Source: Ascidiella aspersa
Taxonomy: Eukaryota
Direction of reading: 5' to 3'
DNA: 64,000 nucleotides
NCBI GenBank assembly: GCA_963924565.1
Contig: OZ004608.1
Location: 5,394,001 to 5,458,000, forward strand
A program made the position numbers and the translations under genes. Within the stretch, counting starts at the first letter, position 1, and each line of letters starts with the position of its first letter. Positions 25,615 to 38,400 of the stretch are shown piece by piece. The notes below the pieces were generated by a model. The model had not been told where the DNA came from, did not search any database, and was given only the letters and a program-made list of their open reading frames with translations.

Positions 25615-26920
25615 AAAGAACGTTGTCTGTACTTTTTAAATCGGCTGAGTCTCATTGAAATACTTAAAAAAAACTTTCGCTAAATATTATCGATTTCGTA
25701 TAGGGTAATTGGGTTTAAAGTTTATTCTCCGTCTTACTATAACCTAGAGTCTTTATATACATTATAAAGAACACTAAGAACAGTGGTTGAAGTGCAAAAA
25801 AAAAACGTAACTGTGATAAACAACAAAGATCATATAAAGACTAAATTATAGTCCTTCTAAAAGTTTCTAATAATTTAGTTTCGCTATTTACTACTAGCTT
25901 ATATTGTTTTTTATCATTCAGCAAAGTTGAATAATAAATAATTTGGTAGCGGCTTAAAAGCTTGTACTTTTTAAGGGTGTAGATTTAAGTAAAGAAACTA
26001 GTCGTCAAAATTGAAATACAAACTGAGAGAAGCCACACTAACTGAAAGATGATACAAGTTCGTATCGAAACGTCTTAATCAAGATGCTGTCGATCTACTC
26101 GACCTTTTTGGCTTTGAAATTTATTATTAAGCTACATTACAGATCCGTGCATAGTGTACCCAAACTGAGAGAATATATATAACAACACTTCGCCAACCCG
26201 AACCCAAAAGTAAATTTAATGTATGACCTATTTGGAACCCTTAAAACTTGTAGCGTCACCGTCTGCATGGCTGTGACCCCAGTTTTTGAGGTTATGGCGT
26301 GATGTAGCGTTAATAAGTATTTATTTTAGGACACCACAGCTCATACAATATTTATTCTTTATATGTCAAACTATCTTATGCCAGGGTTTTATAACAGTGT
26401 TAATCATTAACTTGTGAGGTGAATGGCTGCTAATGCCTTGAGCTTAACATTTGGTTACCAAGTCATGTAGTTTATTGTAAGGTTTACATTCAACCGAACA
26501 CAAAATAAATGTAAGAACTTGGCTTACCGAAAAAAATGAAATTTAATTTAACGTTTTTGAAAGTAAATTACTTGTGGAGTCAATTACATTACCCAAAGTC
26601 AACTAAGAGATAGATCTAGATTCTAGAAGATTCGTTATTAATAAATTCAATTAAAATAAGAAAATTAATTTAACTATTCAAGACACCTTGTTTTTAGACC
26701 ATTGTTTGGCATCAACTGGGTTCAAAGGAAGGTAAATAGAAATAAGCGACAGTTCATTGTTAAATTCTGTGTTTTGACAGGCCAGGCACATTCGTGTATA
26801 TTCGGGTAATTAAATAATGGTTATGATTTAACAATAAGTTGACGAACGATTCATGCAAAGTTATATTACCTGGAATCAAGCCTATTTATAGGAATACAGC
26901 CATAAAGAAAAAGCACTCAC

Positions 26921-29900
26921 GTGGGCTCGGTGACCTTGGCTTTGCAGTGTCTTCTTGTGGAGCTAAATAGAAACAAATATTTCCCCTTGTAAAAAACATG
27001 TGAGGAAACACTGTAAATTTTCAATAAAAATATAAAAGTCATGAAATTTGCTAAAATTTGCAAACTTTCTATTTTCAGACATTTTGGAAATGACTTATGG
27101 TATCTTTAGTTTAAAAATGAATTTACAATAAATCGATAAAAACACACACGAAAAACAGAGAGTAACTAGATATAGGAGTAGATAGCTGTAGAGAACTAAA
27201 ACGATAACGTCCCACTTTTTTTTTTAAATCTGAATTAATCAGATTGAAACAAATTGATCAGAATTTTAAAATGTTTTATGTTGATTTCACAAAATTGCTT
27301 TACGAATCGAAATTTTCTGTTGATATGCCACCTTGTTGAAAGAAACTCTACATGTGGAAAACATTCATTTAGATCGCAAACCATTACCTAAAAGGTGAAA
27401 TAATTTCGGCACAGATGCCCGCCTAGTTTCACACGAGTACCGATACCAAAAGTGGAATATAAAATATTTCTGTTTAAAGTCTTTAAAAACCTAAAAAATT
27501 TCATTGAAAAAAATTCCCAAGTTTTCAGGGTATTTTTCTCGCAACGATGCGTGCAAATTAATCGCGGTCCAGCGAAAAGGGTCGCCATCGGTCTAATGCA
27601 AAAAAAAATCGGCGCTTAGCTTTCGCGGGATCTCAGGTATTCAGGCTGCGGACCAAACTCTCGGGTTTCAGACGAGTACCGATGCTACCATCTGGCATCG
27701 GGTTTCGGCTCTGATCCGATATTATCGCCTATCGGTCATCCCCAAACTTTTATTTTAGTTTTACCGATTTCTTCCGGTTCATCGGGAACGGGAGGAAGTG
27801 ACGCAGACATGAAGCTTACGGAGAACATTGAGAGGTTGGTCCGTTGGCCTGAAGCTTTTTGTACTCGCCTCAACAACCTGGACAGTTCTCGCTTCTCAAC
27901 CTCCAAATCAGTGCGCCGCCCGTTGCCCGAGTTCTCCAGCTTTTTTGCCACTGGAAGCAAAACATGTTTTCAAATTTACTTTGACTTGTGTTTCGGTTCA
28001 TTTAAGGGCCGTTGAAAGTAAAAAGTTTGTTTTCCAAATGTGTAACGTTAAACTGTTCGCTTTGAGTGGAAAATAATGCGAAAATGACTTATCGATTTTC
28101 ACAGATTTTAAAATTTTTTGACATTGAATACGGAAAAGTGTTATTTTATGTTCGTTGAATTTGACGAAATTTTATTATTAAACAAGTTGAATTGTACATG
28201 TGATACTCTAAAAATGAATTAAACCTTAAAATATTAATTTATTTTTAAATCGAATTTAATTAGTCGTAAGTGACCTAACTTGAAACTTCGAAAAATGACT
28301 TCGTGCGCACCGATTACATTGTGTAACAGACAAAACTATTTTGTTTGCTTCTGGGTTTGAAACAATTTCTCCGATCGCTTTTCAACTAAAAGCCTAAAAT
28401 TCACAACTTCGCTTTTATGGTTGAGGAATGAAGTACATAAAGTAGGATTTCTTTGAAATTCAAGATGTTGACTATCGAACAAAAAATATCATGACCAATG
28501 GTGGGTTATGAATAACACGCATAAGTTTAAAATTCACACGCTTTTCTTTTTGAAATTTCGCTTTTTGGATTGTGTAGTTAAGTACTTTAATTATGTGTTC
28601 TCTTGGAAATTCCAGTAAAGTGTCACCTCTCGATCGGACATTTCTTCTGACCAATGTAGGATTTATAAACACTACGCATAAGTTTAAAATTCACACAATT
28701 TTCTTTTTGAAATTTCGCTTTTATGGTTAAGAAGTAGTGTAAAGTAATTTACGAGATCCCTTCGGAATTCCTAAAGATGTTGAATCTCCAACAGAAATTT
28801 CTGCGGAACAATGTTTAGGTTTATACACAATAAGCGAGTACACCGAAAGCCATCGCAGACTCACCAAATCTGTCGATCAATGATACAAGCAAGGCAGGCT
28901 AGAAAAAATATCTAGCCTGCAGTGAGGTTCGAACTCACGATCTTCGGTCATACCGGGATCGTCGGTCCACCACCTAAGCAACACAGACTCAGAGAGAAGC
29001 GAGTCGAGAAATAACTATACATCAATGCTTGCTACTTCTTTTAGTACAAGCAACTTCATATTTAAATGGATCTGCAGTATCATATCATTCAATAAAAGAT
29101 CCACGCAAATATGTGTTCAACAAATGCTATCTCTTCTGAAGCTGCTTTTTGACCAACGATTACGGCTTCCGTATCATTAGTACACCGAAAGCCATCGCAG
29201 ACTCATCGAATATGTCGAGAAATTATAGTACAAGCAACTTCACAAAAAAAAGTTGTTGAACACATATATGTGTGTATCTTCCATTGAATGAGGATATAGT
29301 ACTAGTGACCAATGCTGGGTTTATAAATGGCACGCATTTACAATTTATCACCTTTGAGGGTGGTCGGTCTGGCTTTCGGGTCCTTGTTCCAGCACTTCTT
29401 CATTAACTCGGTCAGTAGGGTGAAGATCTTTCGGTCAGCCTCGTTGGTCAGGGCCGCCTTGACCTGCTTGACCTTGGCGGAGTCCGGTCGGGTTCCGGCT
29501 AGGATGAGTGTGCGAAGCACGTCTTTTCGGACGGTGGCGCCTTCGTAAACACGACCTCGGGTCACAAGCTCGTACAGAACCATGGCAAGGCTTGGGAAGG
29601 AAAGTTTGGAGTTAAGTGGCTTAAACCGGGGTTATGTCGAGTCGGTTGGAAACAGGGCTGCACAGTCGGTTAAAAAACAACCTAAAAAATCTGACTTCGG
29701 CCAAAAGAATGAACCCAAGTTCGACTCCAGCTAAAAAATTCAACCCAAGTCAAACTCCGGTGAAAAAAAGAACCAAAGTCCGACTTCGGCAAAAAAAGAA
29801 CCCAAATCCGTCTCCGGTCAAAAAAGATGAACCCCAAACCGACTCCAGGCAAAATAATGAACCCGAGTCCGAGTCCCTAGTCCCTAGTTCGACACTGGTC

Positions 29901-32900
29901 AATGTGAGTCCCGTGTCCAATTCCAACTCTACAGCCTGTATTTAACCCGTTTACGCAACTAAAGTAAGGTGGATATTCATTCAGCAATCACTCAAAGGTG
30001 TGCCATATATTTTGATGGTTGGCAAATATTCTGCCAATACCTATCCGTCTTTACGATTTACAGTTTTCGGTCTTATCAGTTTAAAAAATGTTGTTGCACA
30101 TGTGCACGTCGGACAGCATATACACATTGCAGACAATCTTAGCCAATACTTGAACATTTAGACCTTCAAAGATCTTTTGTGTCCATAACCTACATTAACA
30201 ATATATTATATTCAGTAAATAATTCACTATAGGTATTGATATGGACATGTCTATACCTAACCGAGTGTTGCTCATCCAACAGCATTATGTAATCACTCGA
30301 CGTTTCGACGTCCTATACAGAACGTCTTCATTAGGATACTGACATAGATTCCTTATAATGATATGCCAGTATCCTGATGAAGACTTTCTGAATAGGACGT
30401 CGAAACGTCGATTCATTATATATACTGCTGGATGAGCAACACTTGGTTATATATTATGCCTGGCAGCAATAGCTTATTTCATGTCTGTACATTTTACCCA
30501 CCACAGTCTTCAACCAACCGACATACCTGTACATGTCAGCAAGTCGACTAATCTCTTTGCCTTCCAGTACCTCTGGTGCAGCGTAGCGGGCAGTGTGCTG
30601 ACCAGTGGGCGCGATGTCCAGTGAGCTTGAGTCGCACTGGGACGCCCTGACGATGTTGACCGCCCCGAAGTCGGCCAACTTGACGTTCAAGTGTCGGTCG
30701 AGGAGGATGTTTTCGGGCTTGATGTCGCCGTGGAAGAAGAACTTATTGTCCGAAAAGTTGTGAAGGTAGTAAAGAGCCGAGTTGACTTGACCGAACAGGT
30801 CCTGCCTAAAATTGTGCGATGTTTTGATTTATTTAATGAAACATGCACACAAATATGTGTGTTACTAACTGAGATTTAGCGCTTCTGAAGCTGCTCTGTG
30901 ACCAACGATTACAGCTACTGCGTTTATTTATTGTTTGATTAATGCATCCAGAAGTAGATTTTTTAATCTGTTGCTTAAATAACAATAACAATATAAAGCA
31001 AAAAACACTTTTTCGACTGTAAAAAAAGTAATTTCGTAAATGATATGAACAAACGGCCTGCCCAAGAACTTTGGTATCAGAGTTATAAAGTCCCAACCAA
31101 TTTGCAATAAATAAAATCATTTGCAATAAATAAAATTCATTTTTTCAAGTTATTGTGTAACGCGAAATTTGGTCCGGGGCCAAAACTGATCCGGTCGGAT
31201 CAATTTTGGCGTTGGAACAGCCGCTAAAACAGGTCCGGCTAGGCCAAAACTGGTCCGGCCTAATCCTAACCCTAGCCAGACCTGTTTTAGCGGCTATTCC
31301 AACGCCAACATCGATCCGACCGGACCAGTTTTGGCGCTTGATTACGACCAAAATCGATCCGGCCGGACCGATTTTGGCCGGACCAATTTTGGCGTTACAA
31401 TTTCCATAATAAGTCATTTCGATTCAAGTCCTTGGAAACAAAACTAAATGTTAAACTACTAAAATTAGCAAATTCACTCCAATCCTAGCAATTAATCGCA
31501 TAGAAAACAGATAGATCAAGGGAAACAAAAGCAGAGTTGTACAATTAAAGTAAATTATGCACTATTTACCAAAAATGTGTTCGATTAAAACACTAAGAAT
31601 AAAGTAAGTCATTTTCGCAAATGAGTTAAGTCCAAGTCCAGCAATTTGGCCAAACGAATAAATCAAGCCAAGTCATTATGCCCGAAAAGACAAGTCAACT
31701 AATTGCAAGACATTGACTTAGGCGCACTCAAGCCAAGTCATAGTCATTACAACCACTTTTTTATAACTGTAAGCCTACCTTTGGTACACTCTGTATATCA
31801 GATGCTAATTTCCAAACACGTGTCTTACCTGAGTTCCCAGCTCAATTCGTGCTGTGAGCTGATGAGTCCGTCCAGGCTTCCACACTCGACGTATTCCAAC
31901 ACAATGGCCACTTTGTTGCCGTCCCAGTTGGAGAAGCCGTGGATTTTGACGATGTTCGGGTGCTCCATGCGAGCCAGTACCTCCGCCTCTCGTTTCACAC
32001 TGCAAGGAGATGCGGTTTTGTGACGCCAAATTTTCTGACGAGCCATTTCTTGGACTCAAAAGTATGGTTCACAAATTGAAGTGCCGTTTTTAATGCTTTA
32101 GGGTGCTCAGTTGTGTTTGAGTATCTTTAATATGATTTTTGCTCGTTGTTAATCCCCTTGATACAGCTCTTTTTTGCACAGTTAAAGTGCAATAAACTAA
32201 ATGACAATTTCCTAATATATGTAGAGAATTGAATGGGTTGTTCCAGTCCCGTTTATAGTGACATTAACTGTGGACCAGTGGTTCTTAACCGAAGGGGGGC
32301 AACAAATTTTTAGGGGGTGCGAGCTGCACTTTAATATCTAACATTTTTAAATGACTTTATTGGTTACATATTGTGTTAAATCTGCTTTCATGTTGTCCTA
32401 TGCTTTACATCAAAATTACACATGTGTAGGCTATATACGTAACTGAAGAAAAAAAAAGCGAAATAATTTTCGACGTGCTATACAGAACGTCTTTATCAAG
32501 ATACTGACGTTTCGGTGGATGCTGTAAGCCATACATACAATGTTGGTAACCACTGAACCATATCTAAATAGGTATGTACCAGTAGAGGAATTTGTGCACA
32601 TTAGTCAGGTACCTGACCTAACCCGCAATGTCACATTTTTTTTATAACATATACTTTTTATGATTATCTATAGTGGTATGGAGGGATGCTTTTAAGCAGC
32701 GGGAAAGAGCGAGGTTTGCAAGTAACTTGAAGAGCTTTGCAGGTAATTTAAAGCCCATGAAAGGCACTTTAGCACCTGTAAACTTCAAATATTGTCAACT
32801 CGGTCCAGTATTTCAACATAGATGTCATCTTACCGAGTCTGAGTATTTTGGGCGGACTTGTTAAATAGCTACTGTGTGTCCAGTTAGTATTAAAGCGCTG

Positions 32901-34107
32901 CTCCTAAATTCAAGAATCCTTGCGCCATAAGGTCTCAGGAAACACACGCTGTTAATATTTAACTATAAACTGGCTTCGCGAGGCCCAATAAAGAAAAGGT
33001 TCACAGTTTGAGATACTCGACTATACTTTGTGTTGTCAACATTTTCAAGAGTGAATTTGTGTTATTATACTAAAAGATAAAACGGTTATGTATAATAAAA
33101 TTACAGTGCTTTAAACAGGGGTGGATCAGGCTGGGGTGCATGCCCCCAAACTATAAATTTCGCCAACTATTGCCATGTAAATAGTACAGCTTGTTTCATT
33201 TCGATAATTGTGAACAAGTTCGCTCGAGAACAGCGGGTGTTTTACGATCAGTTTACATGACGTCATGTTATGACGTAATTTCATGACATCGTCTTTAAAA
33301 ATCTTCATGGACCTCCCTCCCCAAAAAAAATCCTGGATCTGCCCACGGCTTTAAATCAATCTTCTTTGTAAATGGCCATATTTGTTTAATTCTAAATAGG
33401 GTAATCAGGTGGCACTATAAAAGACAAATTGTATTGTATTCTCAACAAACTTTTGCACAACCGTGCTTTATGAGATCAAAGTAGAAGACCTACTACTGAC
33501 ATTTTTCTAGAAAACCCACCACTTAAAATTTCTACTTTGACATTATGAAGCACGGTTGTGCGAAAGCTAGTCGAGAATTCAATACAATTATAGTCGGTTT
33601 GATAGTGCCACCTGATTACCCTATTTAGCCTTAAATCAGACTTTCATCAAGAGAGTGGAAAATTGACTTACTCGTTGATGTGCTTCTCAATGTTTTCCTT
33701 CGTTCCTGTGATAGTGAAGCATTTCGCCACAACCTCGCCCTTTATCGGGTGGCGGCAAAACCGAACAGATGCGAAACCGCCACAGCCGAGGTAGTCAGTT
33801 TCGTCTGCACTCGTCAAAAGCTCAGTCGCACTTATGTCCTCGAGCTTGTTGGAAAACTTGATCTGTGTAAAGAATAGGATTTTATTCGTACGATGAAATA
33901 AATGTTAAAGCAAAATCAAACTTTCCAATCCCACTGCTCAAATGGGTATAGTGACGTCATAGAGACATCGCGCGGCGTCGTGGCAGGCCCACAGCGTCCG
34001 CGATCGCTTCCTGTATTGCGCAACAAGTGGTGGGTATTGCGCAAGATGCAGAGCCCGTAGGAAGCCAGGTTGGAATAAGGCTGCTGGCTTTCCGGTGTTG
34101 GCGACAT
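26921..34107 (-). CDS. RIPK-like (TKL group) Ser/Thr protein kinase, non-RD type; exons 34107-33922, 33862-33672, 31999-31829, 30805-30527, 29590-29352, 27950-27765, 26962-26921; 3' end not resolved
   Basis: Spliced translation gives LGCGGFASVRFCRHPIKGEVVAK (Gly loop and catalytic Lys), VKREAEVL..HPNIVKIHG, LEYVECGSL, HGDIKPENILLD, KLADFG, YAAPE, ADMYSLAMVLYE and CWNKDPKARPT. All junctions are GT-AG with matching phases. The first exon and start codon are less certain. Confidence 0.93.
28395..28830. repeat. Diverged ~157 bp tandem repeat (about 3 units) in a kinase intron
   Basis: ACGCATAAGTTTAAAATTCACAC..TTTTCTTTTTGAAATTTCGCTTTT at ~28517 and ~28674, with a partial unit at ~28397. Confidence 0.7.
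28835..29298. mobile_element. Composite TIR element(s) with an internal tRNA-derived Pol III unit (minus strand ~28990-28894)
   Basis: Inverted ~45 bp ends at 29082-29123 and 29253-29298. Reverse-strand GCTTAGGTGGTGGA.CG...GTGAGTTCGAACCTC is followed by the hairpin GCAGGCTAGA-TATTTTT-TCTAGCCTGC. AGTACACCGAAAGCCATCGCAGACTCA is duplicated. Confidence 0.7.
29653..29938. mobile_element. MITE with CAGGGCTG/CAGCCTG ends and ~30 bp internal tandem repeats (GACTCCGG)
   Basis: Terminal inverted motif plus 6-7 AAAAA..GAACCCAA.TCCGACTCCGG units. Related CAGGGCT-start sequences occur at 25091 and 48659. Confidence 0.65.
30258..30449. mobile_element. Palindromic element (two ~90 bp inverted arms), each arm with a Penelope-type hammerhead motif
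   Basis: Arms TAACCGAGTGTTGCTCATCC... and ...GGATGAGCAACACTTGGTTA. See the hammerhead feature. Confidence 0.75.
30369..30414 (+). ncRNA. Minimal type I hammerhead ribozyme motif
   Basis: GTATC-CTGATGA-A-GACTTTCT(GAAT)AGGACGTC-GAAA-CG-TC-GATTC: intact core, stem II, palindromic ACGT in place of stem III, and a 3-bp stem I (ATC/GAT). Confidence 0.6.
31156..31399. mobile_element. MITE with TGTAACGC...GCGTTACA TIRs and GGTCCGG subrepeats
   Basis: Clear terminal inverted repeats, repeated CCAAAAnnGGTCCGGCC motifs and a central CCTAATCCTAACCCTA. Confidence 0.85.
32276..32555. mobile_element. hAT-like MITE remnant (CAGTGGTT...AACCACTG) containing a degenerate hammerhead-family fragment
   Basis: 8 bp perfect terminal inverted match with no clear TSD. 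32467-32515 is homologous to the 30258-30449 arms. Confidence 0.55.
33116..33347. mobile_element. hAT-type MITE with 8 bp TSD GCTTTAAA
   Basis: CAGGGGTGGATC...GATCTGCCCACG flanked by GCTTTAAA at 33108-33115 and 33348-33355. Confidence 0.85.
33392..33628. mobile_element. Foldback MITE with ~95 bp inverted arms
   Basis: CTAAATAGGGTAATCAGGTGGCACTAT ... ATAGTGCCACCTGATTACCCTATTTAG, with the inverted match continuing inward to CAAAGTAGAA/TTCTACTTTG. Confidence 0.85.
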
Positions 34108-35469
34108 AAAGAGCCTTGGGTTTGGGTTCGAACCAAATATATTAGGTAACGTTGCGTGAGCGATTTAACGTATTGAAAGCGTTTTTAGTTAAAATAAAGT
34201 ATTCAATTGTTTTCAGCATTGAAATCAAAGATTGTGTCTGAAGATTCTTTATAATCAGAGCTGAGCAAAGTTCTACTGAATTTCACTGTTGTAATGACTG
34301 ATAAAGAGCCTTTATAATGACTGATGAAGTGCACAGTCATTTCAAAATGATTTGTTTATAACACTGCTGAACTTATATGTGGAGGATTTTGCAAAACGTT
34401 GGCTTTTATGCAAATACATCGCCCGATATTAAAAATCGAATGGTTCACATAATGTTTCGAACCATCCTATGAGCTTCGATATGAAAATCCTCTTACAATA
34501 GACAAGCAAGGATGGTATAAAAATATGTTTATATTACTACAACGTGAGCCTACAAATTTCGAAACTAGAGTGTCTAGGCATTCCGAAACCAGCATGTTTA
34601 TGTTCAAGCCAGGAAAAGTCAACATCTCAATCGTGTCTTTGGGTCTTTTCGGTTTGAGGGCAATTTGTAGATTTATGTAAAACATTTAAGAAAATTTCCC
34701 AGTAAAAATCAGGGCCAAAAAATACAAACCTTGGCCGTATCCTCCATATTTGCTTACACTCTGCTTCTAACACCACTTCATATCGCTTAGGTTTCCACAG
34801 TTCAGGCGAAAATTATTAGGCAGAGCATTTCTTTGCATTCCGTTTAGCAAGCGGGAAAACACCTAAAAAGATGTAAAAACTTATAATAAGTAGCTAAAAG
34901 TATACTTATCTTATAAAACAAGTTTATCGCAGTAATTAGAAAGCGCAGCAACAGGATTTTTTTGGGGGGAAGGCCTTAACAAAATTGAGTGATGACATCA
35001 CAAAGTTACGTCAGATCCTTACGTCACAGAGTTACATCTAAATTAACTTTCAAAAGTAGTTACCTTAACAACATCACACAGAAGACTATTTTGTTAAAGT
35101 TTTAGGTTGGATAGGTGTTAACTTTAATACAATAGCTGCATTACAAAGATGCTATTCATTCGCGTAAAGCGAAAAAAACGCCTTTCAACGTTTAATTTGA
35201 ATTTAAGCCGAAAACGATTTTAGCAAAATGGGATAAGACATACTTTTAGCAAAATGGGATAAGACATACTGGAAAACCAAGTGAGAAATTTGCGTTAACG
35301 TAAATAATTAGGCAAAAAGTACAGTTTGTGGTGGAACATAGCCATGTGCATATGCCCCTTGGACTCGCCCCTAGTAATAAGGCATGTTTAACGGCTGCAC
35401 TTCGATTCCTAAAGTGTATTTACGGCCAGTCCCTTTAAGTTGCGCAACTGTGCAAATGCGCTGCACCGC

Positions 35470-38400
35470 AACAGCACTTCAGCAGTAAAATAAACTTCTA
35501 GCGACTTGCCGAATCAGCTATTTATCAGGAAGGTAATAAACCTTAACAAAGTGTACAAACATTGACACAAAAGCAAGAAGCTATGTGAATTCATTCTGAA
35601 TTTTGTTCACATTTTGGTCAAACTATATACCTACTCTCAATGTATTTAGTGTTTATTTACCTATTCTCCATAGTTTTTAATTCACCTAGCCAAACTCATC
35701 CCTAAATCGCCTAAAATATCCATTTTCACTTGAAAATACTTATGCTCAATGCGAATCTTTCCTTGAGGAATCACTACTTAAAGGCAAACAGAAATGTCGA
35801 CCGCTTTAACCGCTTGACTTTCAGTAAAAACCGCACTGCTGGTTTATATACAACATTAAACAGCCTTCGCCAAAGTGTGCTCGTAAAGCTACCTAGCCAA
35901 GGAGCGACGTTTAAGCACAGAGTCAACAAGAAGTTAATACAAAATAGCACGAGAAACGATCACAGCGCAGCAATCCAGTGGTCTAGCCTTGTTTGCGGTC
36001 TGCTGATCATCACATGAAACCTTGTGTCAACTATATGTGGTCCTGGATTAATGTGCTATTAGTCAGCATAAATGTCTAAAATAAAACGCAAAATATCAGG
36101 GCTGTTTTTAAAAGCGAAAGCGAAAAACCTGTAAAAGTAATTAGAGGACGTTTGTGACGTAACAGTGTACGCCAGTTGAGCGAGCGTAGTATAACTGTGA
36201 TTGTAGTTAATTTTTTCAAACGTGACGTCACACAGTTTCGTCATAACTGATGTCACAAAACTACGTCAAAAATTGACGTCAAAAAGTCACGTCTAAACGT
36301 GATGGCATAAAGATGAAGCCTTAAGAACACAAAACAGTTCGTTTATTTTGTAAGTTTTAAATTGGATAGGTGTTACTTTTAATGCCAAAAGCTACATTAT
36401 AAATATGTTATCGATTCGCGCAAAGCGAAAAAAGGCTTTTATATCGTTTAATTTGCCAACACATTCACACCACATAACGGATACAACTGAACGCTTAGAC
36501 ATATTGTACAGAAAGCAAATAACAGATATTAACAAAATATCTAGAAGATTTAGGGTTTCCGTATCACACACCGTCTGTAGCAAGCAATAATCCTTTTAAC
36601 TAAACAAGCCAAGTGTAGGCCTATCGTCATTAAGCTGCAAAATGCGCCTTAAATAGAAAAAACATCAAAAGTCTAGTCTATCAAAGAATCTATCAAAATT
36701 GGGGTCGTCAAAGAATATCTCCAAAAATATGTCTATAGGTTCTACCGAAAGAAACCTTAAACTTAGCTAACAGTAGCCTAACACAATCAATCTTAGTTAG
36801 TAGTCGTATTTCTAAATATTTGGTGGCACAGTTGAACGACAAACTCTACTGCAGTGTCACGTTCCTACTATATTACATTCCTATTTTGACCTTATAAAGC
36901 GCGATTGTGCTGTTGTAATACTAACTCTCGTTAACCATTGCCACCTAATTGCAACAACCTATAAAGCAATATAATCTAAACTCTGAAACAGCCTACTTCC
37001 CTTTAGTTTCGTTGCATGTTACAGTGTACGGTTTACCTAGCCTAAGGCACTACACAAAGTGCTAGAAACTAAGCAGACACGAGACGCGCTTACCGGAACG
37101 CCAAACCACAAAAGCAGAGTTTTAGCTCGCAGCTCTACCCAGCTCACCAAGCGCTACGCTTGACCCGACAACTGCCGTCTGTAGGTGGGGAATTTCCAGG
37201 CGGTTTCGAGCACCAAAGAACACGGCCGCTTTGAAAACGGCCAGCCCACTTCATAGGCTTCAGTTTGAGCCCTTCAACCAGCAAATGTGCAAAAAGAGAC
37301 CAAGATAAAGCATAAAATACTAGTAGGCTACTTCTGAAGTGAAATAGAACCCTCAAAAGGGTAGAAATTGATTTCACTTTAGAGTCGACTAGTTTGCTTT
37401 TTCAGGCGTATTTTAACACCACAACACCTGGCCGCTTTATATTCCTTATTAAGAGCAATTCAACCAACTAGGTATAGAAAGCTACTCAAACTGCGAACAA
37501 AATACTAGTAGGTTAACTTTGAAATAAAATATAACCCTCGAAAGGCTAGAAATTGACCCAAAACTTATTTCAAGCAAGAGCCGGCCGTTTTGGAGAGTGG
37601 CCATTTAGCCTTTAAGAGCGCCAAGGCAAACAAACAGGGGAGAAAAGCAAGAGAGGCCAACGCGTGGGCGCCACAGACCTCGTGCCTTTGCCAGCATAAA
37701 ATTGCGCCACACGAATAGACAAACACGAACCCCTAAAAGCTGCCTTGATGATAACTGAACAAACCGTAATCTACGTTTTGCTGAGCTCGCTAAAATAGGT
37801 CGGCCTATACTTCTTTTATGTTTTAAAAGCATGACTATGTGTTGTCGGCATGGATGTTTTCAGTGATTTTACACAGCTTTAAACTAATTTATTATCTGGC
37901 TTGTAGCTATAATGCGTAGTCATAAATAATAATCCCAAATACCTGCAACTATGTAAAAGCTTGGATTAATATAATAATATGACAAGTTTAGGCCTTATTA
38001 TATAATATGACAAGTTTAGGCCTTATTTAAAAATGACAGAAATCTATGCAAAGGTGTCGGTTTACCGTTTTTGTTACACATGTTACTCGTATTAAGGAAA
38101 ACTGTAATCGCTTTAATTTAAACCGTTACAATTGCTCAATAATACTTCCTGCAACTTATAGAGACGCTTACTTCTCAACCAGTGCAAATTGCTGAAGCGA
38201 AATGATGAACCAGTGCAAATTGCTGAAGCGAAACTGCTGTCAGCCTTCAACCTCGCTTAACAATTGGCAATAAAACTCCCTTTGGGGTGCTTTTAAAAAC
38301 GCAGGCAGGTATTTTATTCCTGCGAGAATGTAAAGTGTTTCTATATCTTAACTAAAATTAAAGTTATGGCGACACAATTATTTTTACTGATCTTTTCGTA

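Noticed and set aside
25383-25655. ORFs spanning X runs
   Set aside because: Artefacts of the N gap.
26228-26270. Possible further kinase exon (PMQTVTLQVLRVPN)
   Set aside because: Phase fits, but the acceptor lacks a pyrimidine tract and there is no homology support.
29690-29875. CRISPR-like periodic repeats
   Set aside because: Eukaryotic context, degenerate contiguous units without unique spacers, and no cas genes.
29634-29945. Lys/Pro-rich 103 aa ORF
   Set aside because: Translation of MITE internal tandem repeats, antisense within a kinase intron.
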